DNA of 64,000 nt from Auanema rhodensis (Eukaryota; Animalia; Nematoda), in NCBI GenBank assembly GCA_964057225.1, contig OZ059897.1:1922001-1986000 (forward strand), written 5' to 3'. Made by a program: the position numbers and the translations under genes. Below the pieces are notes generated by a model. It saw only the letters and a list, made by a program, of their open reading frames with translations. It was not told the origin of the DNA and ran no database searches. Every line of letters starts with the position of its first letter. The first letter of the stretch is position 1. Shown one piece after another: positions 26,801-40,999 of the stretch.

Positions 26801-29800
26801 TGAGTTCCCATGTACACTCAACATTGCTTCCAAAAACATTTTGACAAAAATTTTCCCGAAAAATTTCTGAATAATTTCACAAAAAGTAGATGTTTTTAGA
26901 TTCTTTTTTTCAAGACGAATACGATGGACAATGTTTTTCAACGAAAAAATCATTTCTTCAGGGTGAAAATCGAGGATATAAGTGTGAACATATATCAGTT
27001 GATATCTCGGTGCATTTTTAAGCTAACTCAAATCTGATAACACAGATCGACGCAGCTTAAAAATCCGCATCGAATGCACTATACTACATTGAGAAACGCT
27101 CTATACAAAAATTAGTTATGATCGTTTGAAAAATAATGCATTAGTGTATGCTGAGTTCCCATGTACACTCAACATTGCTTCCAAAAACATTGTGACAAAA
27201 ATTTTCCCGAAAAATTTCTAAACAATTTCACAAAAAGTAGATGTTTTTAGATTCCTTTTTTCAAGACGAAGATGATGGACAATGTTATTCAACGAAAAAA
27301 TCATTTCTTCAGGGTGAAAATCGAGGATATAAGTGTGAACATAAATCAGTTGATATCTCGGTGCATTTTTAAGCTAACTCAAATCTGATAACACAGATCA
27401 ACGCAACTTAAAAATCCGCATCGAATGCACTATACTACATTAAGAAACGCTCTATACAAAAATTAGTTATTATCGTTTGAAAAATAATGCATTAGTGTAT
27501 GCTGAGTTCCCATGTACACTCAACATTGCTTCCAAAAACATTTTGACAAAAATTTTCCCGAAAAATTTCTAAATAATTTCACAAAAAGTAGATGTTTTTA
27601 GATTCCTTTTTTCAAGACGAAGACGATGGACAATGTTATTCAACAAAAAAATCATTTCTTCAGGGTGAAAATCGAGGATATAAGCGTGAACATATATCAG
27701 TTGATATCTCGGTGCATTTTTAAGCTAACTCAAATCTGATAACACAGATCAACGCAGCTTAAAAATCCGCATCGACAGCACTATACTACATTGAGAAACG
27801 CTCTATACGAAAATTAGTTATGATCGTTTGAAAAATAATGCATTAGTGTATGCTGAGTTCCCATGTACACTCAACATTGCTTCCAAAAACATTGTGACAA
27901 AAATTTTCCCGAAAAATTTCTAAATAATTTTACAAAAAGTAGATGTTTTTAGATTTCTTTTTTCAAGGCAAAGACGATGGACAATGTTATTCAACGAAAA
28001 AATTAATTCTTCAGGGTGAAAATCGAGGATATAAGTGTGAACATATATCAGTTGATATCTCGGTGCATTTTTAAGCTAACTCAAATCTGATAACACAGAT
28101 CGACGCAGCTTAAAAATCCGCATCGAATGCACTATACTACATTGAGAAACGCTCTATACAAAAATAAGTTATGATCGTTTGAAAAATAATGCATTAGTGT
28201 ATGTTGAGTTCCCATGTACACTCAACATTGCTTCCAAAAACATTTTGACAAAAATTTTCCCGAAAAATTTCTATATAATTTCTTAAAAAGTAGATGTTTT
28301 TAGATTCCTTTTTTCATGACGAAGACGATGGACAATGTTTTTCAACGAAAAAATCATTTCTTCAGGGTGAAAATCGAGGATATAAGTGTGAACCTATATC
28401 AGTTGATATCTCGGTGCATTTTTAAGCTAACTCAAATCTGATAACACAGATCGACGCAGCTTAAAAATCCGCATCGAATGCACTATACTACATTGAGAAA
28501 CGCTCTATACAAAAATTAGTTATGATCGTTTGAAAAATAATGCATTAGTGTATGCTGAGTTCCCATGTACACTCAACATTGCTTCCAAAAACATTGTGAC
28601 AAAAATTTTCACGAAAAATTTCTAAATAATTTCACAAAAAGTAGGAGTTTTTAGATTTCTTTTTTCAAGGCAAAGACGATGGACAATGTTATTCAACGAA
28701 AAAATTAATTCTTCAGGGTGAAAATCGAGGATATAAGTGTGAACATATATCAGTTGATATCTCGGTGCATTTTTAAGCTAGCGCAAATCTGATAACACAG
28801 ATCGACGCAGCTTAAAAATCCGCATCGAATGCACTATACTACATTGAGAAACGCTTTATACAAAAATTAGTTATGATCGTATGAAAAATAATGCATTAGT
28901 GTATGTTGAGTTCCCATGTGCACTCAACATTGCTTCCAAAAACATTTTGACAAAAATTTTCCCGAAAAATTTCTAAATAATTTCACAAAAAGTAGATGTT
29001 TTTAGATTCCTTTTTTCAAGACGAATACGATGGACAATGTTTTTCAACAGAAAAATCATTTCTTCAGCGTGAAAATCGAGGATATAAGTGTGAACATATA
29101 TCAGTTGATATCTCGGTGCATTTTTAAGCTAACTCAAATCTGATAACACAGATCGACGCAGCTTAAAAATCCGCATCGAATGCACTATACTACATTGAGA
29201 AACGCTCTATACAAAAATTAGTTATGATCGTTTGAAAAATAATGCATTAGTGTATGCTGAGTTCCCATGTACACTCAACATTGCTTCCAAAAACATTGTG
29301 ACAAAAATTTTCCCGAAAAATTTCTAAATAATTTCTTAAAAAGTAGGAGTTTTTAGATTTCTTTTTTCAAGGCAAAGACAATGGACAATGTTATTCAACG
29401 AAAAAATTAATTCTTCAGGGTGAAAATCGAGGATATAAGTGTGAACCTATATCAGTTGATTACTCGGTGCATTTTTAAGCTAGCGCAAATCTGATAACAC
29501 AGATCAACGCAGCTTAAAAATCCGCATCGAATGCACTATACTACATTGAGAAACGCTCCATACAAAAATTAGTTATGACCGTTTGAAAAATAATGCATTA
29601 GTGTATGTTGAGTTCCCATGTACACTCAACATTGCTTCCAAAAACATTTTGACAAAAATTTTCCCGAAAAATTTCTGAATAATTTCACAAAAAGTAGATG
29701 TTTTTAGATTCTTTTTTTCAAGACGAATACGATGGACAATGTTTTTCAACGAAAAAATCATTTCTTCAGGGTGAAAATCGAGGATATAAGTGTGAACATA

Positions 29801-32800
29801 TATCAGTTGATATCTCGGTGCATTTTTAAGCTAACTCAAATCTGATAACACAGATCGACGCAGCTTAAAAATCCGCATCGAATGCACTATACTACATTGA
29901 GAAACGCTCTATACAAAAATTAGTTATGATCGTTTGAAAAATAATGCATTAGTGTATGCTGAGTTCCCATGTACACTCAACATTGCTTCCAAAAACATTT
30001 TGACAAAAATTTTCCCGAAAAATTTCTAAATAATTTCAAAAAAAGTAGATGTTTTTAGATTCCTTTTTTCAAGACGAATACGATGGACAATGTTTTTCAA
30101 CAAAAAAATCATTTCTTCAGGGTGAAAATCGAGGATATAAGTGTGAACATATATCAGTTGATATCTCGGTGCATTTTTAAGCTAGCGCAAATCTGATAAC
30201 ACAGATCGACGCAGCTTAAAAATCCGCATCGAATGCACTATACTACATTGAGAAACGCTCTATACAAAAATTAGTTATGATCGTTTGAAAAATAATGCAT
30301 TAGTGTATGCTGAGTTCCCATGTACACTCAACATTGCTTCCAAAAACATTGTGACAAAAATTTTCCCGAAAAATTTCTAAATAATTTCACAAAAAGTAGG
30401 AGTTTTTAGATTTCTTTTTTCAAGGCAAAGACAATGGACAATGTTATTCAACGAAAAAATTAATTCTTCAGGGTGAAAATCGAGGATATAAGTGTGAACC
30501 TATATCAGTTGATTACTCGGTGCATTTTTAAGCTAGCGCAAATCTGATAACACAGATCAACGCAGCTTAAAAATCCGCATCGAATGCACTATACTACATT
30601 GAGAAACGCTCCATACAAAAATTAGTTATGACCGTTTGAAAAATAATGCATTAGTGTATGTTGAGTTCCCATGTACACTCAACATTGCTTCCAAAAACAT
30701 TTTGACAAAAATTTTCCCGAAAAATTTCTGAATAATTTCACAAAAAGTAGATGTTTTTAGATTCTTTTTTTCAAGACGAATACGATGGACAATGTTTTTC
30801 AACGAAAAAATCATTTCTTCAGGGTGAAAATCGAGGATATAAGTGTGAACATATATCAGTTGATATCTCGGTGCATTTTTAAGCTAACTCAAATCTGATA
30901 ACACAGATCGACGCAGCTTAAAAATCCGCATCGAATGCACTATACTACATTGAGAAACGCTCTATACAAAAATTAGTTATGATCGTTTGAAAAATAATGC
31001 ATTAGTGTATGCTGAGTTCCCATGTACACTCAACATTGCTTCCAAAAACATTTTGACAAAAATTTTCCCGAAAAATTTCTAAATAATTTCACAAAAAGTA
31101 GATGTTTTTAGATTCCTTTTTTCAAGACGAATACGATGGACAATGTTTTTCAACGAAAAAATCATTTCTTCAGGATGAAAATCGAGGATATAAGTGTGAA
31201 CATATATCAGTTGATATCTCGGTGCATTTTTAAGCTAACACAAATCTGATAACACAGATCGACGCAGCTTAAAAATCCGCATCGAATGCACTATACTACA
31301 TTGAGAAACGCTCTATACAAAAATTAGTTATGATCGTTTGAAAAATAATGCATTAGTGTATGCTGAGTTCCCATGTACACTGAACATTGCTTCCAAAAAC
31401 ATTGTGACAAAAATTTTCCCGAAAAATTTCTAAATAATTTCACAAAAAGTAGGAGTTTTTAGATTTCTTTTTTCAAGGCAAAGACAATGGACAATGTTAT
31501 TCAACGAAAAAATTAATTCTTCAGGGTGAAAATCGAGGATATAAGTGTGAACCTATATCAGTTGATTACTCGGTGCATTTTTAAGCTAGCGCAAATCTGA
31601 TAACACAGATCAACGCAGCTTAAAAATCCGCATCGAATGCACTATACTACATTGAGAAACGCTCCATACAAAAATTAGTTATGATCGTTTGAAAAATAAT
31701 GCATTAGTGTATGTTGAGTTCCCATGTACACTCAACATTGCTTCCAAAAACATTTTGACAAAAATTTTCCCGAAAAATTTCTGAATAATTTCACAAAAAG
31801 TAGATGTTTTTAGATTCTTTTTTTCAAGACGAATACGATGGACAATGTTTTTCAACGAAAAAATCATTTCTTCAGGGTGAAAATCGAGGATATAAGTGTG
31901 AACATATATCAGTTGATATCTCGGTGCATTTTTAAGCTAACTCAAATCTGATAACACAGATCGACGCAGCTTAAAAATCCGCATCGAATGCACTATACTA
32001 CATTGAGAAACGCTCTATACAAAAATTAGTTAAGATCGTTTGAAAAATAATGCATTAGTGTATGCTGAGTTCCCATGTACACTCAACATTGCTTCCAAAA
32101 ACATTGTGACAAAAATTTTCCCGAAAAATTTCTAAATAATTTCACAAAAAGTAGATGTTTTTAGATTCCTTTTTTCAAGGCAAAGACGATGGACAATGTT
32201 ATTCAACGAAAAAATTAATTCTTCAGGGTGAAAATCGAGGATATAAGTGTGAACCTATATCAGTTGATATCTCGGTGCATTTTCAAGCTAGCGCAAATCT
32301 GATAACACAGATCGACGCAGCTTAAAAATCCGCATCGAATGCACTATACTACATTGATAAACGCTTAATACAAAAATTAGTTATGATCGTTTGAAAAATA
32401 ATGCATTAGTGTATGTTGAGTTCCCATGTACACTCAACATTGCTTCCAAAAACATTTTGACAAAAATTTTCCCGAAAAATTTCTAAATAATTTCACAAAA
32501 AGTAGATGTTTTTAGATTCCTTTTTTCAAGACGAAGACGATGGACAATGTTATTCAACAAAAAAATCATTTCTTCAGGGTGAAAATCGAGGATATAAGCG
32601 TGAACATATATCAGTTGATATCTCGGTGCATTTTTAAGCTAACTCAAATCTGATAACACAGATCAACGCAGCTTAAAAATCCGCATCGACAGCACTATAC
32701 TACATTGAGAAACGCTCTATACGAAAATTAGTTATGATCGTTTGAAAAATAATGCATTAGTGTATGCTGAGTTCCCATGTACACTCAACATTGCTTCCAA

Positions 32801-33700
32801 AAACATTGTGACAAAAATTTTCCCGAAAAATTTCTAAATAATTTTACAAAAAGTAGATGTTTTTAGATTTCTTTTTTCAAGGCAAAGACGATGGACAATG
32901 TTATTCAACGAAAAAATTAATTCTTCAGGGTGAAAATCGAGGATATAAGTGTGAACCTATATCAGTTGATTACTCGGTGCATTTTTAAGCTAGCGCAAAT
33001 CTGATAACACAGATCAACGCAGCTTAAAAATCCGCATCGAATGCACTATACTACAATGAGAAACGCTCTATACAAAAATTAGTTATGATCGTATGAAAAA
33101 TAATGCATTAGTGTATGTTGAGTTCCCATGTACACTCAACATTGCTTCCAAAAACATTTTGACAAAAATTTTCCCGAAAAATTTCTAAATAATTTCACAA
33201 AAAGTAGATGTTTTTAGATTCCTTTTTTCAAGACGAATACGATGGACAATGTTTTTCAACGAAAAAATCATTTCTTCAGGGTGAAAATCGAGGATATAAG
33301 TGTGAACATATATCAGTTGATATCTCGGTGCATTTTTAAGCTAACTCAAATCTGATAACACAGATCGACGCAGCTTAAAAATCCGCATCGAATGCACTAT
33401 ACTACATTGAGAAACGCTCTATACAAAAATTAGTTATGATCGTTTGAAAAATAATGCATTAGTGTATGCTGAGTTCCCATGTACACTCAACATTGCTTCC
33501 AAAAACATTGTGACAAAAATTTTCACGAAAAATTTCTAAATAATTTCACAAAAAGTAGGAGTTTTTAGATTTCTTTTTTCAAGGCAAAGACGATGGACAA
33601 TGTTATTCAACGAAAAAATTAATTCTTCAGGGTGAAAATCGAGGATATAAGTGTGAACCTATATCAGTTGATTACTCGGTGCATTTTTAAGCTAGCGCAA
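23900..33700 (+). repeat. Degenerate 14-monomer (4914 bp) tandem duplication
   Basis: Rare SNPs are paired at exactly 4914 bp: 24006/28920, 26326/31240, 26468/31382, 27776/32690 and 28611/33525. Confidence 0.8.
29200..31900 (+). repeat. 3-monomer higher-order repeat, about 2.5 copies
   Basis: CTGAAT monomers give ORFs at 29573, 30626 and 31679. The private TATGACC allele occurs at about 29579 and 30632. Confidence 0.8.
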
Positions 33701-36700
33701 ATCTGATAACACAGATCGACGCAGCTTAAAAATCCGCATCGAATGCACTATACTACATTGATAAACGCTTAATACAAAAATTAGTTATGATCGTTTGAAA
33801 AATAATGCATTAGTGTATGTTGAGTTCCCATGTACACTCAACATTGCTTCCAAAAACATTTTGACAAAAATTTTCCCGAAAAATTTCTAAATAATTTCAC
33901 AAAAAGTAGATGTTTTTAGATTCCTTTTTTCAAGACGAAGACGATGGACAATGTTATTCAACGAAAAAATCATTTCTTCAGGGTGAAAATCGAGGATATA
34001 AGCGTGAACATATATCAGTTGATATCTCGGTGCATTTTTAAGCTAACTCAAATCTGATAACACAGATCAACGCAGCTTAAAAATCCGCATCGACAGCACT
34101 ATACTACATTGAGAAACGCTCTATACGAAAATTAGTTATGATCGTTTGAAAAATAATGCATTAGTGTATGCTGAGTTCCCATGTACACTCAACATTGCTT
34201 CCAAAAACATTGTGACAAAAATTTTCCCGAAAAATTTCTAAATAATTTTACAAAAAGTAGATGTTTTTAGATTTCTTTTTTCAAGGCAAAGACGATGGAC
34301 AATGTTATTCAACGAAAAAATTAATTCTTCAGGGTGAAAATCGAGGATATAAGTGTGAACCTATATCAGTTGATTACTCGGTGCATTTTTAAGCTAGCGC
34401 AAATCTGATAACACAGATCAACGCAGCTTAAAAATCCGCATCGAATGCACTATACTACAATGAGAAACGCTCTATACAAAAATTAGTTATGATCGTTTGA
34501 AAAATAATGCATTAGTGTATGTTGAGTTCCCATGTACACTCAACATTGCTTCCAAAAACATTTTGACAAAAATTTTCCCGAAAAATTTCTAAATAATTTC
34601 ACAAAAAGTAGATGTTTTTAGATTTTTTTTTTCAAGGCAAAGACGATGGACAATGTTATTCAACGAAAAATATAATTCTTCAGGGTGAAAATCGAGGATA
34701 TAAGTGTGAACCTATATCAGTTGATTACTCGGTGCATTTTTAAGCTAGCGCAAATCTGATAACACAGATCAACGCAGCTTAAAAATCCGCATCGAATGCA
34801 CTATACTACAATGAGAAACGCTCTATACAAAAATTAGTTATGATCGTATGAAAAATAATGCATTAGTGTATGTTGAGTTCCCATGTACACTCAACATTGC
34901 TTCCAAAAACATTTTGACAAAAATTTTCCCGAAAAATTTCTAAATAATTTCACAAAAAGTAGATGTTTTTAGATTCCTTTTTTCAAGACGAATACGATGG
35001 ACAATGTTTTTCAACGAAAAAATCATTTCTTCAGGGTGAAAATCGAGGATATAAGTGTGAACATATATCAGTTGATATCTCGGTGCATTTTTAAGCTAAC
35101 TCAAATCTGATAACACAGATCGACGCAGCTTAAAAATCCGCATCGAATGCACTATACTACATTGAGAAACGCTCTATACAAAAATTAGTTATGATCGTTT
35201 GAAAAATAATGCATTAGTGTATGCTGAGTTCCCATGTACACTCAACATTGCTTCCAAAAACATTGTGACAAAAATTTTCACGAAAAATTTCTAAATAATT
35301 TCACAAAAAGTAGGAGTTTTTAGATTTCTTTTTTCAAGGCAAAGACGATGGACAATGTTATTCAACGAAAAAATTAATTCTTCAGGGTGAAAATCGAGGA
35401 TATAAGTGTGAACCTATATCAGTTGATTACTCGGTGCATTTTTAAGCTAGCGCAAATCTGATAACACAGATCAACGCAGCTTAAAAATCCGCATCGAATG
35501 CACTATACTACAATGAGAAACGCTCTATACAAAAATTAGTTATGATCGTTTGAAAAATAATGCATTAGTGTATGCTGAGTTCCCATGTACACTCAACATT
35601 GCTTCCAAAAACATTGTGACAAAAATTTTCCCGAAAAATTTCTAAATAATTTTACAAAAAGTAGATGTTTTTAGATTTCTTTTTTCAAGGCAAAGACGAT
35701 GGACAATGTTATTCAACGAAAAAATTAATTCTTCAGGGTGAAAATCGAGGATATAAGTGTGAACCTATATCAGTTGATTACTCGGTGCATTTTTAAGCTA
35801 GCGCAAATCTGATAACACAGATCAACGCAGCTTAAAAATCCGCATCGAATGCACTATACTACAATGAGAAACGCTCTATACAAAAATTAGTTATGATCGT
35901 TTGAAAAATAATGCATTAGTGTATGTTGAGTTCCCATGTACACTCAACATTGCTTCCAAAAACATTTTGACAAAAATTTTCCCGAAAAATTTCTAAATAA
36001 TTTCACAAAAAGTAGATGTTTTTAGATTTTTTTTTTCAAGGCAAAGACGATGGACAATGTTATTCAACGAAAAATATAATTCTTCAGGGTGAAAATCGAG
36101 GATATAAGTGTGAACCTATATCAGTTGATTACTCGGTGCATTTTTAAGCTAGCGCAAATCTGATAACACAGATCAACGCAGCTTAAAAATCCGCATCGAA
36201 TGCACTATACTACAATGAGAAACGCTCTATACAAAAATTAGTTATGATCGTATGAAAAATAATGCATTAGTGTATGTTGAGTTCCCATGTACACTCAACA
36301 TTGCTTCCAAAAACATTTTGACAAAAATTTTCCCGAAAAATTTCTAAATAATTTCACAAAAAGTAGATGTTTTTAGATTCCTTTTTTCAAGACGAATACG
36401 ATGGACAATGTTTTTCAACGAAAAAATCATTTCTTCAGGGTGAAAATCGAGGATATAAGTGTGAACATATATCAGTTGATATCTCGGTGCATTTTTAAGC
36501 TAACTCAAATCTGATAACACAGATCGACGCAGCTTAAAAATCCGCATCGAATGCACTATACTACATTGAGAAACGCTCTATACAAAAATTAGTTATGATC
36601 GTTTGAAAAATAATGCATTAGTGTATGCTGAGTTCCCATGTACACTCAACATTGCTTCCAAAAACATTGTGACAAAAATTTTCACGAAAAATTTCTAAAT

Positions 36701-39700
36701 AATTTCACAAAAAGTAGGAGTTTTTAGATTTCTTTTTTCAAGGCAAAGACGATGGACAATGTTATTCAACGAAAAAATTAATTCTTCAGGGTGAAAATCG
36801 AGGATATAAGTGTGAACCTATATCAGTTGATTACTCGGTGCATTTTTAAGCTAGCGCAAATCTGATAACACAGATCGACGCAGCTTAAAAATCCGCATCG
36901 AATGCACTATACTACATTGAGAAACGCTCTATACAAAAATTAGTTATGATCGTATGAAAAATAATGCATTAGTGTATGTTGAGTTCCCATGTACACTCAA
37001 CATTGCTTCCAAAAACATTTTGACAAAAATTTTCCCGAAAAATTTCTAAATAATTTCACAAAAAGTAGATGTTTTTAGATTCCTTTTTTCAAGACGAATA
37101 CGATGGACAATGTTTTTCAACGAAAAAATCATTTCTTCAGGGTGAAAATCGAGGATATAAGTGTGAACATATATCAGTTGATATCTCGGTGCATTTTTAA
37201 GCTAACTCAAATCTGATAACACAGATCGACGCAGCTTAAAAATCCGCATCGAATGCACTATACTACATTGAGAAACGCTCTATACAAAAATTAGTTATGA
37301 TCGTTTGAAAAATAATGCATTAGTGTATGCTGAGTTCCCATGTACACTCAACATTGCTTCCAAAAACATTGTGACAAAAATTTTCCCGAAAAATTTCTAA
37401 ATAATTTCACAAAAAGTAGGAGTTTTTAGATTTCTTTTTTCAAGGCAAAGACGATGGACAATGTTATTCAACGAAAAAATTAATTCTTCAGGGTGAAAAT
37501 CGAGGATATAAGTGTGAACCTATATCAGTTGATTACTCGGTGCATTTTTAAGCTAGCGCAAATCTGATAACACAGATCGACGCAGCTTAAAAATCCGCAT
37601 CGAATGCACTATACTACATTGAGAAACGCTCTATACAAAAATTAGTTATGATCGTTTGAAAAATAATGCATTAGTGTATGTTGAGTTCCCATGTACACTC
37701 AACATTGCTTCCAAAAACATTTTGACAAAAATTTTCCCGAAAAATTTCTAAATAATTTCACAAAAAGTAGATGTTTTTAGATTCCTTTTTTCAAGACGAA
37801 TACGATGGACAATGTTTGTTAACGAAAAAATCATTTCTTCAGGGTGAAAATCGAGGATATAAGTGTGAACATATATCAGTTGATATCTCGGTGCATTTTT
37901 AAGCTAACTCAAATCTGATAACACAGATCGACGCAGCTTAAAAATCCGCATCGAATGCACTATACTACATTGAGAAACGCTCTATACAAAAATTAGTTAT
38001 GATCGTTTGAAAAATAATGCATTAGTGTATGCTGAGTTCCCATGTACACTCAACATTGCTTCCAAAAACATTTTGACAAAAATTTTCCCGAAAAATTTCT
38101 AAATAATTTCACAAAAAGTAGATGTTTTTAGATTCCTTTTTTCAAGACGAATACGATGGACAATGTTTTTCAACAAAAAAATCATTTCTTCAGGGTGAAA
38201 ATCGAGGATATAAGTGTGAACATATATCAGTTGATATCTCGGTGCATTTTTAAGTTAACTCAAATCTGATAACACAGATCAACGCAGCTTAAAAATCCGC
38301 ATCGAATGCACTATACTACATTGAGAAACGCTTTATACAAAAATTAGTTATGATCGTATGAAAAATAATGCATTAGTGTATGTTGAGTTCCCATGTACAC
38401 TCAACATTGCTTACAAAAACATTTTGACAAAAATTTTCCCGAAAAATTTCTAAATAATTTCACAAAAAGTAGATGTTTTTAGATTCCTTTTTTCAAGACG
38501 AATACGATGGACAATGTTTTTCAACGAAAAAATCATTTCTTCAGGGTGAAAATCGAGGATATAAGTGTGAACATATATCAGTTGATATCTCGGTGCATTT
38601 TTAAGCTAACTCAAATCTGATAACACAGATCGACGCAGCTTAAAAATCCGCATCGAATGCACTATACTACATTGAGAAACGCTCTATACAAAAATTAGTT
38701 ATGATCGTTTGAAAAATAATGCATTAGTGTATGCTGAGTTCCCATGTACACTCAACATTGCTTCCAAAAACATTGTGACAAAAATTTTCACGAAAAATTT
38801 CTAAATAATTTCACAAAAAGTAGGAGTTTTTAGATTTCTTTTTTCAAGGCAAAGACGATGGACAATGTTATTCAACGAAAAAATTAATTCTTCAGGGTGA
38901 AAATCGAGGATATAAGTGTGAACCTATATCAGTTGATTACTCGGTGCATTTTTAAGCTAGCGCAAATCTGATAACACAGATCGACGCAGCTTAAAAATCC
39001 GCATCGAATGCACTATACTACATTGATAAACGCTTAATACAAAAATTAGTTATGATCGTTTGAAAAATAATGCATTAGTGTATGTTGAGTTCCCATGTAC
39101 ACTCAACATTGCTTCCAAAAACATTTTGACAAAAATTTTCCCGAAAAATTTCTAAATAATTTCACAAAAAGTAGATGTTTTTAGATTCCTTTTTTCAAGA
39201 CGAAGACGATGGACAATGTTATTCAACGAAAAAATCATTTCTTCAGGGTGAAAATCGAGGATATAAGCGTGAACATATATCAGTTGATATCTCGGTGCAT
39301 TTTTAAGCTAACTCAAATCTGATAACACAGATCAACGCAGCTTAAAAATCCGCATCGACAGCACTATACTACATTGAGAAACGCTCTATACGAAAATTAG
39401 TTATGATCGTTTGAAAAATAATGCATTAGTGTATGCTGAGTTCCCATGTACACTCAACATTGCTTCCAAAAACATTGTGACAAAAATTTTCCCGAAAAAT
39501 TTCTAAATAATTTTACAAAAAGTAGATGTTTTTAGATTTCTTTTTTCAAGGCAAAGACGATGGACAATGTTATTCAACGAAAAAATTAATTCTTCAGGGT
39601 GAAAATCGAGGATATAAGTGTGAACATATATCAGTTGATATCTCGGTGCATTTTTAAGCTAACTCAAATCTGATAACACAGATCGACGCAGCTTAAAAAT

Positions 39701-40999
39701 CCGCATCGAATGCACTATACTACATTGAAAAACGCTCTATACAAAAATTAGTTATGATCGTTTGAAAAATAATGCATTAGTGTATGCTGAGTTCCCATGT
39801 ACACTCAACATTGCTTCCAAAAACATTGTGACAAAAATTTTACCGAAAAATTTCTAAATAATTTCACAAAAAGTAGATGTTTTTAGATTCCTTTTTTCAA
39901 GACGAATACGATGGACAATGTTTTTCAACGAAAAAATCATTTCTTCAGGGTGAAAATCGAGGATATAAGTGTGAACATATATCAGTTGATATCTCGGTGC
40001 ATTTTTAAGCTAACTCAAATCTGATAACACAGATCGACGCAGCTTAAAAATCCGCATCGAATGCACTATACTACATTGAGAAACGCTCTATACAAAAACT
40101 AGTTATGATCGTTTGAAAAATAATGCATTAGTGTATGCTGAGTTCCCATGTACACTCAACATTGCTTCCAAAAACATTTTGACAAAAATTTTCCCGAAAA
40201 ATTTCTAAATAATTTCACAAAAAGTAGATGTTTTTAGATTCCTTTTTTCAAGACGAATACGATGGACAATGTTTTTCAACGAAAAAATCATTTCTTCAGG
40301 GTGAAAATCGAGGATATAAGTGTGAACATATATCAGTTGATATCTCGGTGCATTTTTAAGCTAACTCAAATCTGATAACACAGATCGACGCAGCTTAAAA
40401 ATCCGCATCGAATGCACTATACTACATTGAGAAACGCTCTATACAAAAATTAGTTATGATCGTTTGAAAAATAATGCATTAGTGTATGCTGAGTTCCCAT
40501 GTACACTCAACATTGCTTCCAAAAACATTGTGACAAAAATTTTACCGAAAAATTTCTAAATAATTTCACAAAAAGTAGATGTTTTTAGATTCCTTTTTTC
40601 AAGACGAATACGATGGACAATGTTTTTCAACGAAAAAATCATTTCTTCAGGGTGAAAATCGAGGATATAAGTGTGAACATATATCAGTTGATATCTCGGT
40701 GCATTTTTAAGCTAACTCAAATCTGATAACACAGATCGACGCAGCTTAAAAATCCGCATCGAATGCACTATACTACATTGAGAAACGCTCTATACAAAAA
40801 TTAGTTATGATCGTTTGAAAAATAATGCATTAGTGTATGCTGAGTTCCCATGTACACTCAACATTGCTTCCAAAAACATTTTGACAAAAATTTTCCCGAA
40901 AAATTTCTAAATAATTTCACAAAAAGTAGATGTTTTTAGATTCCTTTTTTCAAGACGAATACGATGGACAATGTTTTTCAACGAAAAAATCATTTCTTC

